Program-made: the position numbers and the translations under genes
Assembly (NCBI GenBank): GCA_963667565.1
Contig: OY763415.1
Coordinates: forward strand, 1,120,001 to 1,184,000
From: Acholeplasmataceae bacterium
Lineage (GTDB): Bacteria; Bacillota_I; Bacilli_A; Acholeplasmatales; Acholeplasmataceae
DNA length: 64,000 bases
Direction of reading: 5' to 3'
Notes under the pieces: model-generated
Database searches by the model: none
Told to the model about the DNA's origin: nothing
The model's input: only the letters and a program-made list of their open reading frames with translations
In this document: piece by piece, positions 24,183 to 31,711 of the stretch
Layout: each line of letters opens with the position of its first letter
How positions within the stretch are numbered: the first letter of the stretch is position 1

Positions 24183-25468
24183 GGATTCATCTCCTTAAAT
24201 GATTTCAATTTAAGTAGCGCTCTTTCAGCATATAACGATTTTCTCATCTTTTTAGGGTGCTTCATACCCAATTCTGGTAAAATTCCAAAATTAGCATTCA
24301 TTGGAACAAATGATTGATTTGGTGTTGAAATATAAGATGCCATAGCTCCAATCATTGTTTGATCTGAAAATGGACACAATTCATTTCGCTGAATTAGTGA
24401 AGTTAATTGAATGGCTGCATTTAGACCTGATGCAGCACTTTCTACATATCCTTCAACACCACTGATTTGTCCAGCAATAAATAATTTAGGATAAATTTTA
24501 GATTGATAGCTATCATTTAGGATTTGAGGACTTTCTAAATATGTGTTTCTATGCATGACACCATATCTTAAAATGTTTGCATGTTCTAATCCTGGAATCA
24601 TTTGAATGACTCTTTTTTGTTCTGGCCAAGTCATATGTGTTTGAAAACCTACAATGTTGTACATTGTTTGTTTTGCATCATCTTGTCTTAATTGAACGAC
24701 GGCATAAGGTCTTTCTTTTCCTTCCACTTCTAGACCAACAGGTTTTAATGGTCCATAAAGAAGTGTTTCTTTACCTCTTGAAGCCATCACTTCAACTGGC
24801 ATACATCCTTCAAAGACATTATTTTCAAAGTTTTTAGGAATTACTTTATCTGAGCCAGTCAGTGCATCATAAAACTTGTCATATTCTTCTTTGTTCATTG
24901 GACAATTAATATATGCTGCTTCACCTTTATCATATCTACTTTTTAAATATGCAATATCCATATTGATAGAATCTTTTTCTATGATTGGAGCAACCGCATC
25001 AAAAAAATGAAGATGTTCTTGATGAAATAGATCTTGTAAGTGTGTTGCAAGCAAATCACTAGCAAGTGGACCTGCACACACCATAGTGTATGTATCTACA
25101 TCCACAGTTGTCACCTCATCATAGATGACTTCAATGTTAGGATGGTTTTTAATTTTATGTTCTATATAAGAAGAAAAAATTTCCCTGTCCACTGCAAGAC
25201 TTGATCCAGCAGGTACAGATGCGTGTTCTGCAGCTTCAATCACTAATGATCCAAGCATTCTCATTTCTTCTTTTAATAACCCAACTGCAACACTTAAATC
25301 ATTAGATCTTAGTGAATTAGAACATACAAGCTCAGCAAAACGACCACTCGTATGAGCAGGAGTCATTTTTTTAGGTCTCATTTCATATAGTTTTACTTTA
25401 ATACCATGGTTTGCTAGGAAATATGCTGCTTCTACACCAGCAAGTCCTGCACCAATTATTTTAATCAT
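24173..25468 (-). CDS. trmFO: folate/FAD-dependent tRNA (uracil-5)-methyltransferase
   Basis: GAGLAG.EAA, ELVCSNS, FEGCMP, VGFQT, RYGVMHRN, GVEGYVES; ATG at 25468. Confidence 0.96.
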   Translation of the reverse strand: MIKIIGAGLAGVEAAYFLANHGIKVKLYEMRPKKMTPAHTSGRFAELVCSNSLRSNDLSVAVGLLKEEMRMLGSLVIEAAEHASVPAGSSLAVDREIFSSYIEHKIKNHPNIEVIYDEVTTVDVDTYTMVCAGPLASDLLATHLQDLFHQEHLHFFDAVAPIIEKDSINMDIAYLKSRYDKGEAAYINCPMNKEEYDKFYDALTGSDKVIPKNFENNVFEGCMPVEVMASRGKETLLYGPLKPVGLEVEGKERPYAVVQLRQDDAKQTMYNIVGFQTHMTWPEQKRVIQMIPGLEHANILRYGVMHRNTYLESPQILNDSYQSKIYPKLFIAGQISGVEGYVESAASGLNAAIQLTSLIQRNELCPFSDQTMIGAMASYISTPNQSFVPMNANFGILPELGMKHPKKMRKSLYAERALLKLKSFKEMNPWI

Positions 25469-25542
25469 ATAATCACCACTTCCATTATACATGAAAGACG
25501 CATTCAAACAAAAAAATAATACGCAATAAATTGCGTATTATT

Positions 25543-26064
25543 CTAAGTTTTAATGATTAAGTACTCGGGTATGATTACTTGTAATCTGTGGTAAAGATCT
25601 TTAGTAATATAGATGATGATAAAGGCATTAAACGGCAACAATGCTAATCTTAACCCTAAAGTGATTAAGGTTGTGTTTATACCAAAATAGATGTATAGTG
25701 CAAATGAATTTGCCAAACTAGCCACTAAATAACTCACAAAGACTGAAACACTTAATTTTGCAACACTATATTTGTTGCCTATGATGAGTCCTGGGATTAC
25801 ACCCCATGCAAGTGCAGCGATTGCAAATAAAGGTAAATAAGTATCACCTGTCATTAAAACACCAAGCGTATCACCAACGAGAGCCATCAAACCACCAAAA
25901 ACTGGACCTAAGATGATGCTGCCAATAATAAGTGGGATTGCATAAAATGGTAATCCGAAATTCGCAATATGCAAAATGTATTTAAAAAACGAATCGATGA
26001 CAACTGACATGGCAGTAAGTGAAACTGCGATTAAAACTTTAAACAATAAACTATTTTTTCTCAT
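25543..26064 (-). CDS. folT: folate ECF transporter S component
   Basis: S-component-like hydrophobic pattern (ILGP.FGGL...GD.LG) directly downstream of a THF riboswitch; ATG at 26064 after AGGAGG. Confidence 0.88.
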   Translation of the reverse strand: MRKNSLLFKVLIAVSLTAMSVVIDSFFKYILHIANFGLPFYAIPLIIGSIILGPVFGGLMALVGDTLGVLMTGDTYLPLFAIAALAWGVIPGLIIGNKYSVAKLSVSVFVSYLVASLANSFALYIYFGINTTLITLGLRLALLPFNAFIIIYITKDLYHRLQVIIPEYLIIKT

Positions 26065-26104
26065 GAAAAAAGACCTCCTATATTTGAGGTCCACTATAAG
26101 TACT

Positions 26105-26197
26105 TACAGCGGACGCGCAAGAAAACCGCCACTTAAAGTGTTCGTTCTAATCCGACATCCCATGATTAGACACTTAACGCTTTCTCACTACTCTGTA
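26105..26197 (-). ncRNA. THF riboswitch
   Basis: ACAGAGUAG...GCGUUAAGUG...AUGGGAUGUCG...ACGAA...GCGG...GCGUCCGCUGUA matches the THF consensus; downstream hairpin GGACCUC/GAGGUC + U6 (26066-26092) covers the RBS. Confidence 0.93.
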
Positions 26198-26240
26198 GTT
26201 TTCATTATATCTTTAAAGAATAAAAAAAGAAAGAGATAAA

Positions 26241-26888
26241 CTATAAAGTCCAATCAATTTCTTTCATACCTTGTTCTTTTAAATACTGATTTGTTTTTGA
26301 AAATGGTTTTGATCCGAAAAATCCATGATATGCAGATAATGGTGACGGATGAGCTGAAACGATGACTTTATGTTTGTTTAAATCAATGTATTTCATCAAA
26401 GATTTTGCTTTTGAACCCCATAAAATAAAGACAACCATTTCTTTTTTCTCATTCACTTTCTTAATTGCTTCAAGCGTGAATTGTTCCCATCCCTTTTTTT
26501 GATGAGATAACGGTTGATGTAATTCAACAGTTAAAACTGTGTTTAATAATAATACACCTTGTTTTGCCCATGATGATAAATCGCCTGTTTTTGGATATGA
26601 AATACCCAAATCTTCAACAAGTTCTTTATAAATGTTTTTTAGTGAAGGTGGGTATTTACCTTCTTTTACACTAAATGCTAAACCATGTGCTTGATGATAA
26701 TTATGATATGGATCTTGCCCTAATATGACAACTTTCACATTTTCATATGGTGTTAAGTCAAAACAAGATAGTCTATCTCCTTTAGGCGGTAAAATCACCT
26801 TATGTTCATCCTCTTTTTTAAGAAAATCAACTAATTCTAAAAAATAAGGTTGTTCCAATTGTGTTCTCACAAAATCATTCCAAGTCAT
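26241..26888 (-). CDS. ung: uracil-DNA glycosylase
   Basis: GQDPYH, AHGLAFS, PPSL.NI, GVLLLN, HPSPLS. Confidence 0.97.
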   Translation of the reverse strand: MTWNDFVRTQLEQPYFLELVDFLKKEDEHKVILPPKGDRLSCFDLTPYENVKVVILGQDPYHNYHQAHGLAFSVKEGKYPPSLKNIYKELVEDLGISYPKTGDLSSWAKQGVLLLNTVLTVELHQPLSHQKKGWEQFTLEAIKKVNEKKEMVVFILWGSKAKSLMKYIDLNKHKVIVSAHPSPLSAYHGFFGSKPFSKTNQYLKEQGMKEIDWTL

Positions 26889-27519
26889 GTTTTTCTTCCT
26901 GTTCCTCAGGTTTTTTTCTAAGGACTTTTATAAGTAATACAACAATGATAATATTGACAATGACTAGTGTTAAAAAAACTGGGTCTACATGTTGACTAAA
27001 GTAAAGCGGAATCGCACCAACAAAAGGAATTCTAAATGCATATTTTGCTATAATATCATCTTTAACAATTGCACCTGCAATATGATTTTCTGCATCTGCT
27101 AATGATTCATAAATCACATCTTCACTATTATTTGGATTATCACCTTTAGTGATGTAGTGAAAAACACCATCAACTTCTTCAATTCGTATCACTCTATGGA
27201 CTACTTGTGCAAGTGCGTAAGTATCACTGATGCCATCACCGTTTGAATCAGCAGGTAAATAATTTTCAAATATAATAATGTCACCAACTTCAACTTTATC
27301 AGGATTAACTTTAACTTCAACAATTAAATCATTGGGTTCAATCGTAGGAATCATTGAATCTGTTGGTACTGAAGAAATTTGGAATCTAAATACATCAATC
27401 ACTTTATCTGGTGAAATGACACTTAACCCAATATATAAAATTAAAAAGACCGTTATCCCATAAAACAATATATTCATTAAAGTGTTTTTCAATGATTTAT
27501 GCTGCTTCATTTTGATCAC
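26875..27519 (-). CDS. sipW: signal peptidase I, SipW/ER-type, catalytic residues intact
   Basis: N- and C-terminal TM helices; TDSMIP (Ser), VGDII, VVHRV (His), TKGDN, RIPFVG. Confidence 0.85.
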   Translation of the reverse strand: MIKMKQHKSLKNTLMNILFYGITVFLILYIGLSVISPDKVIDVFRFQISSVPTDSMIPTIEPNDLIVEVKVNPDKVEVGDIIIFENYLPADSNGDGISDTYALAQVVHRVIRIEEVDGVFHYITKGDNPNNSEDVIYESLADAENHIAGAIVKDDIIAKYAFRIPFVGAIPLYFSQHVDPVFLTLVIVNIIIVVLLIKVLRKKPEEQEEKHDLE

Positions 27520-28126
27520 GATCCTTTGTGTTATGAGTTTTAGTTTGATGAAATATCATGTAATATGCAATACCTAGAATAACAATATATACTGTCATCG
27601 TTCCAAAATAGCCTCTTGGAGTACTTACTGCATATGTAAATAATTGAAATACATTCGCATCTTTAACATATGTACCTAATAAATCATCTGTTTGATAAAT
27701 TTCTAGAGTTTGACCAGAATAGGATGCTTCAAAAGTATGATTATCACTGTCAATAGAAACAACTTCTTTCTCAATAAAGACATCACTTGTTTCTGCATAA
27801 ACAACAACAATATCACCAAGTTTTAAGTCATCAAAACTATATTTTTTAACTTGTACAATATTTATTGATAATTCTGGTGGCGTTTGCCCAAATTTAGCAA
27901 CTGCCACTGGTTGACTACCTATGATTTCTATCAAATCATTTGTAGATAAAAATAATGGTAGTGCTAAATAAATTAAATGCAATGCACTCAATCCTACGAT
28001 AATCCAATAAAATGTTTTTCCTAATTTCGATTGTTGCTTTTGCTTATCTGGATTTTCTTGATTGATTGGTTCACGTGAATGTTCAATCATTTTCAATATT
28101 TCATTTGTAGATAAGAAATCATTCAA
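27497..28126 (-). CDS. SipW-like paralog, catalytic motifs degenerate
   Basis: same topology and LKLGDIVV motif but FGQTPP replaces SM.P and FIEKEV replaces HRV. Confidence 0.65.
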   Translation of the reverse strand: MNDFLSTNEILKMIEHSREPINQENPDKQKQQSKLGKTFYWIIVGLSALHLIYLALPLFLSTNDLIEIIGSQPVAVAKFGQTPPELSINIVQVKKYSFDDLKLGDIVVVYAETSDVFIEKEVVSIDSDNHTFEASYSGQTLEIYQTDDLLGTYVKDANVFQLFTYAVSTPRGYFGTMTVYIVILGIAYYMIFHQTKTHNTKDRDQNEAA

Positions 28127-28152
28127 TATTTAACACATCCCCAAAATAAATC

Positions 28153-28731
28153 TTATGCTTCTATTTTTTCTTCTTCTTTTTGATTTTTTGTTTTTTTATT
28201 ACTGTCTTTGATAAGTAGGACAATCGCTACAATAACACCAACATTAACAACGATTGCAGCAATTCCAAAAGGACTTGCGACAAACTCTATTAATCGACCT
28301 AATCCCACGATTCTAAAACTATAGCCACCAATTATTTGGTCATCTAAAAGTAATACATTTGCAGGGATATTAGATCCTTCGGCATTGACTCTAAATGTAT
28401 TGACACCGTTGACATCATCGATACTATAAATATAATATGTAACCATTTCATCTGTGCCATTATAATCAATATCAGCATAGAAAGTGATTAGGTCCCCAAC
28501 CTCTAAATTATCTGGATTCACTTTATTGATGAAAACCAAATCATATGGTTTAATGGTTGGCTCCATTGTATCGTATTTAGCGATATAAGCTCTTACTCCA
28601 AAACCATTTAAAGAAAGATTAGGTAATGCACTAAGCATAATGATAAAAACTACCAATAAGCCTAGTAGCCCAAATAAAATATAAAATAACGTTTCTTTTA
28701 TCGAAATTGCTTTTTTATTCAATAATGACAC
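28153..28731 (-). CDS. SipW-like paralog, catalytic motifs degenerate
   Basis: YDTMEPTIKPYDLV, LEVGDLITF, MVTYYI (His replaced by Tyr), VNAEG in place of TKGD. Confidence 0.75.
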   Translation of the reverse strand: MSLLNKKAISIKETLFYILFGLLGLLVVFIIMLSALPNLSLNGFGVRAYIAKYDTMEPTIKPYDLVFINKVNPDNLEVGDLITFYADIDYNGTDEMVTYYIYSIDDVNGVNTFRVNAEGSNIPANVLLLDDQIIGGYSFRIVGLGRLIEFVASPFGIAAIVVNVGVIVAIVLLIKDSNKKTKNQKEEEKIEA

Positions 28732-28764
28732 CCCTTTGCACTCTAAGAAATTAAACCTAATGTC

Positions 28765-28773
28765 ATTATATCA
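28765..28773 (-). promoter_or_regulatory. extended -10 promoter upstream of the SipW triplet
   Basis: TGATATAAT on minus strand in the 70-bp gap after the adhesin gene. Confidence 0.55.
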
Positions 28774-28801
28774 TAATTTTTTAATGAGCAACAATACAAA
28801 A

Positions 28802-30112
28802 TTATGAGTTTATAGCCCAATAAGTGGATGAACTTGGTATTCCAGGTTCATTATTTGTAGTTATTGTTAAAGCTTTATAGACAACATCGTTATAATAAAC
28901 TATATCATTTGCTTGATAAGTGTTATACCAATAATAATCATAACCATTTAATAAATTCCAGCTATTTGCTATTACACCTGGTGCTGAAGTATTTGCATTT
29001 GTTTGATTGATCACTTGATAAACTAATCCATTATAAATTGCATAATCACCATTTGCGTATGTTGAATATGCATCATAAAGCATTGAATTCATTAAATTCC
29101 AACTGTTTGCAGCTGTCCCTGGTAATAAAGTCGAATTTGCACTGTTTGCAAGTTCATAAACATTTGCATTATACATCACTAGAGTACCATTTGTATAAGT
29201 ATTATACTGTTGATACTGTTGTGTATTAAGTGCTGTCCAAACACCATAAGATCCTGAACTACCTGGTTGATTATTTCTTAAAGCTGAAAGTGTTGTTGTT
29301 AATGCTTTGTATAAATAGCCATTATATAAAACATATTGTGTGCCATTTTTAACTTTATTTGTCCAAGTGGGTGTATTAAGTAACGTCCATGCTGAATTTG
29401 TTCCTGGAACAGAACCTGAAGCCCATCCACCATTATTTGTCAAATAATACTTATTATTATAAAATGTAATATCTCCATTAGCATAAACATAACTACTTGA
29501 ATAAGTTAAATCACCAAGAAGTGCCCAATCGCTTTGTGAGCCTGGTTGTGATGTTGTATAATAACCTTTATAAATCCATAATTGACCATTGTGATAAACA
29601 ATATCATTTAATGAACTAGCTTGACCAGTCACCCAAGCAACATTATTTTGCATCATTGATGACCAAGCACCATTAACACTTTGTTCACTAGGTTCTAAAT
29701 TGTTATTTTCCCATTGTGCAACATAAACAATACCGTTATGATATACAGTATCTCCAGCTCTATATGTCACAGTATCATACCAATTTAGGTCATTTAATGT
29801 TGTCCAATTACTTGCATTTGAAGGTTCTGTATTTGTTGTATAAGAACCATGGTATTGATAAATTGAGTTATTGTACCATACGATATCATCTGTTTGATAA
29901 GCAGTGCTTAAATCAAAAGCATCAATACCATCTGGTGAAGCGTTCATATTCCAAGTTCCAACGCCAACACTTGGGTTAGCATTAGACATTGAACCTGAAA
30001 TATTGCCTGCCCAATAACCATAAGTTAAAGAAGTTGAAACAAGCACAGTAAATGTTGCTAATAAAACTAAGATTAATATGTATTTTATATTTTTTCTATA
30101 CATAGCCTTCAA
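28802..30112 (-). CDS. secreted protein with SipW-type signal peptide and eight CBM5/12 (ChtBD3)-like repeats; putative fibre tip adhesin
   Basis: signal ends TYG-YW; eight repeats of Y/W-x5-Y-x2-GD-x-V-x-YNG-x2-Y...PG...W. Confidence 0.8.
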   Translation of the reverse strand: MKAMYRKNIKYILILVLLATFTVLVSTSLTYGYWAGNISGSMSNANPSVGVGTWNMNASPDGIDAFDLSTAYQTDDIVWYNNSIYQYHGSYTTNTEPSNASNWTTLNDLNWYDTVTYRAGDTVYHNGIVYVAQWENNNLEPSEQSVNGAWSSMMQNNVAWVTGQASSLNDIVYHNGQLWIYKGYYTTSQPGSQSDWALLGDLTYSSSYVYANGDITFYNNKYYLTNNGGWASGSVPGTNSAWTLLNTPTWTNKVKNGTQYVLYNGYLYKALTTTLSALRNNQPGSSGSYGVWTALNTQQYQQYNTYTNGTLVMYNANVYELANSANSTLLPGTAANSWNLMNSMLYDAYSTYANGDYAIYNGLVYQVINQTNANTSAPGVIANSWNLLNGYDYYWYNTYQANDIVYYNDVVYKALTITTNNEPGIPSSSTYWAINS

Positions 30113-30126
30113 CTCCTTTTTAGACT

Positions 30127-30150
30127 AAAAGCGACTCATAGTCGCTTTTT
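30127..30150 (-). terminator. intrinsic terminator after the major subunit gene
   Basis: AAAAGCGACT-atg-AGTCGCTTTT. Confidence 0.75.
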
Positions 30151-30181
30151 AATATATGTTGTCGATTATTTTAATTAAGTA

Positions 30182-30717
30182 TTAAGCAAATGATGCAGCG
30201 AATGTAACATCAAATGTAATTGTTTGCACCTGCAACTGCAGCATATTCTGTAGCATTTGCTGGTTCGTCTAATGTAACTGTAATAGTAACTGTAACAGAT
30301 GATCCATTAACTGTAACTGCTGTAGCTCCGCCAACAACGATGTTAACTGAGTCTGCATAAGTAGCTGATCCACCAATTAAAACATTATCATATGTAACGT
30401 CTAATGTTGCTGAAGTTCCATCATAAGAACCATTATCAGCATCTGCTAAAGTCAACTGTATAAGTAATCACGTATGATTCTACTGCATTTGCTTCATTGC
30501 TATCTGCAGCACGTCCACTTGGAACTAATACACCTGAAGTTGCTGATGAACCTAATGAAACTGAAGTTGTAACATCTTTACCAGTACCAATTGTAATTGA
30601 TTCATTTGCTACATCTGAATCACCGCTAATACTACCTGCCCAATAAGCAAATGTCAATGTTGACATTGCAACTGCTAACATAACTAATAAACCTACGACT
30701 AATTTTCTACTTTTCAT
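30182..30717 (-). pseudogene. TasA/camelysin-like fibre subunit with SipW-type signal peptide, interrupted by two +1 frameshifts (pseudogene or sequencing error)
   Basis: ORF pieces 30436-30717, 30210-30455 and tail (Q/A)TITFDVTFAASFA* ending 30182 join into a 177-aa protein collinear with the 30783-31361 paralog; signal ends TFA-YW; strong RBS AAAGGAG. Confidence 0.8.
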
Positions 30718-30782
30718 TTTTAAAATCTCCTTTTTAGATACTTATCTTTTTTAATTTTCTTTGTTTTTTTGTTTTTTATTTT

Positions 30783-31361
30783 TTAAACTTCTTTCGGTTG
30801 AACACTGAATACGAGATCAAACGATATTGTTTGACCATGAATAGCTTGATATGCAGCAACCGAATCATCTACATTGACTAAGCTTTCATCTAAACCCTTC
30901 ATATTAGCTTCTTCTGAATCTATAGGTTCTAATATTGTAACGACGACTGTTACTAACACTTTTGAATTAAACAAGTCGTTTGTACTTACGTTTTGTACAC
31001 CATTAATTGTTACATTTACTAGATTGCCATAAGTTTCTGAATCACCAATCATTACATTCGTAGCTTGCACTACTAAGTTCACTTCTTTAACGAGTGTCTT
31101 ATCAACACTCACTTCATAAGTGATTGTTACTTCCTCAACTTCACCTTCAAACCAAGCATAATTCATTGGTACTAACATACCAGAGAACTGATCACTTGTT
31201 TCATTAATCACTAAGCTTGCATTTTCTTCTGTAAAATCAATTTTCACGTTAGATGAAAGTTCTGTACTAGTCCAGTAAGCAAATGCAGCAGTTGAAGTAA
31301 ATCCAAGTGTAATCGCTAAAAGCAATATGATTATAAGTTGAAGTCCTTTTCTTTTAGACAC
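30783..31361 (-). CDS. TasA/camelysin-like secreted subunit with SipW-type signal peptide
   Basis: signal ends AFA-YW; beta-rich acidic mature part; shares SG.LVP, ITY.V, V.IG.S.TY, EP, G.TI.FD..F with the neighbouring gene. Confidence 0.75.
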   Translation of the reverse strand: MSKRKGLQLIIILLLAITLGFTSTAAFAYWTSTELSSNVKIDFTEENASLVINETSDQFSGMLVPMNYAWFEGEVEEVTITYEVSVDKTLVKEVNLVVQATNVMIGDSETYGNLVNVTINGVQNVSTNDLFNSKVLVTVVVTILEPIDSEEANMKGLDESLVNVDDSVAAYQAIHGQTISFDLVFSVQPKEV

Positions 31362-31380
31362 TGCATCGCCTCCCTTGTAT

Positions 31381-31417
31381 AAAAAGAAAAGTCAACATAC
31401 TTTTGTACGTTGACTTT
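31381..31417 (-). terminator. riboswitch expression-platform terminator
   Basis: AAAGTCAACGTAC-AAAA-GTATGTTGACTTT followed by TCTTTTT, 20 nt upstream of the first gene. Confidence 0.85.
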
Positions 31418-31478
31418 AAATATCATTTTAATACCTGACAAGTCACCGCACTTTGTTTCCAATAAATGGAAACTCATT

Positions 31479-31552
31479 CATGGCAACTGGCTACCTTGTC
31501 TAGGCCCTGTAGTTTTGCGTCACTAAATTCCTTTAGTTTTGCTTTTTACATA
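31479..31552 (-). ncRNA. c-di-GMP-I / GEMM-I family cyclic dinucleotide riboswitch aptamer (A20 variant)
   Basis: UAUG-UAAAAA-GCAAA-ACUAAA-GGAA-UUUAGU-GACGCAAA-ACUACAGGGCCUAGAC...GGUAGCCAGUUGC-CAUG follows the GEMM consensus including the GNRA tetraloop. Confidence 0.9.
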
Positions 31553-31597
31553 TGTTTCTTTATTTAATTCGCAAAACTTCTAGGTCTTGCATTTTCA

Positions 31598-31626
31598 ATT
31601 ATATATATAAATGCAAACAATGTCAA
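31598..31626 (-). promoter_or_regulatory. consensus sigma-70 promoter of the riboswitch/fibre operon
   Basis: TTGACA (31626-31621) - 17 nt - TATAAT (31603-31598). Confidence 0.88.
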
Positions 31627-31711
31627 GAAAAAAGATTAAAAAATTTTAATTTTCGTTACATTTTAACATTTTTTACCAAAATTCGGAGATTTCTTTCTAT
31701 ATATATAACAA

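Noticed and set aside
30182..30717. Programmed ribosomal frameshifting or phase variation in the major subunit gene
   Set aside because: No slippery heptamer, long homopolymer or stimulatory structure at either site, and two successive +1 events would give very little product.
31630..31711. No obvious terminator after gap, implying read-through into the riboswitch leader
   Set aside because: Absence of a hairpin by eye is weak evidence, and the operon has its own consensus promoter.
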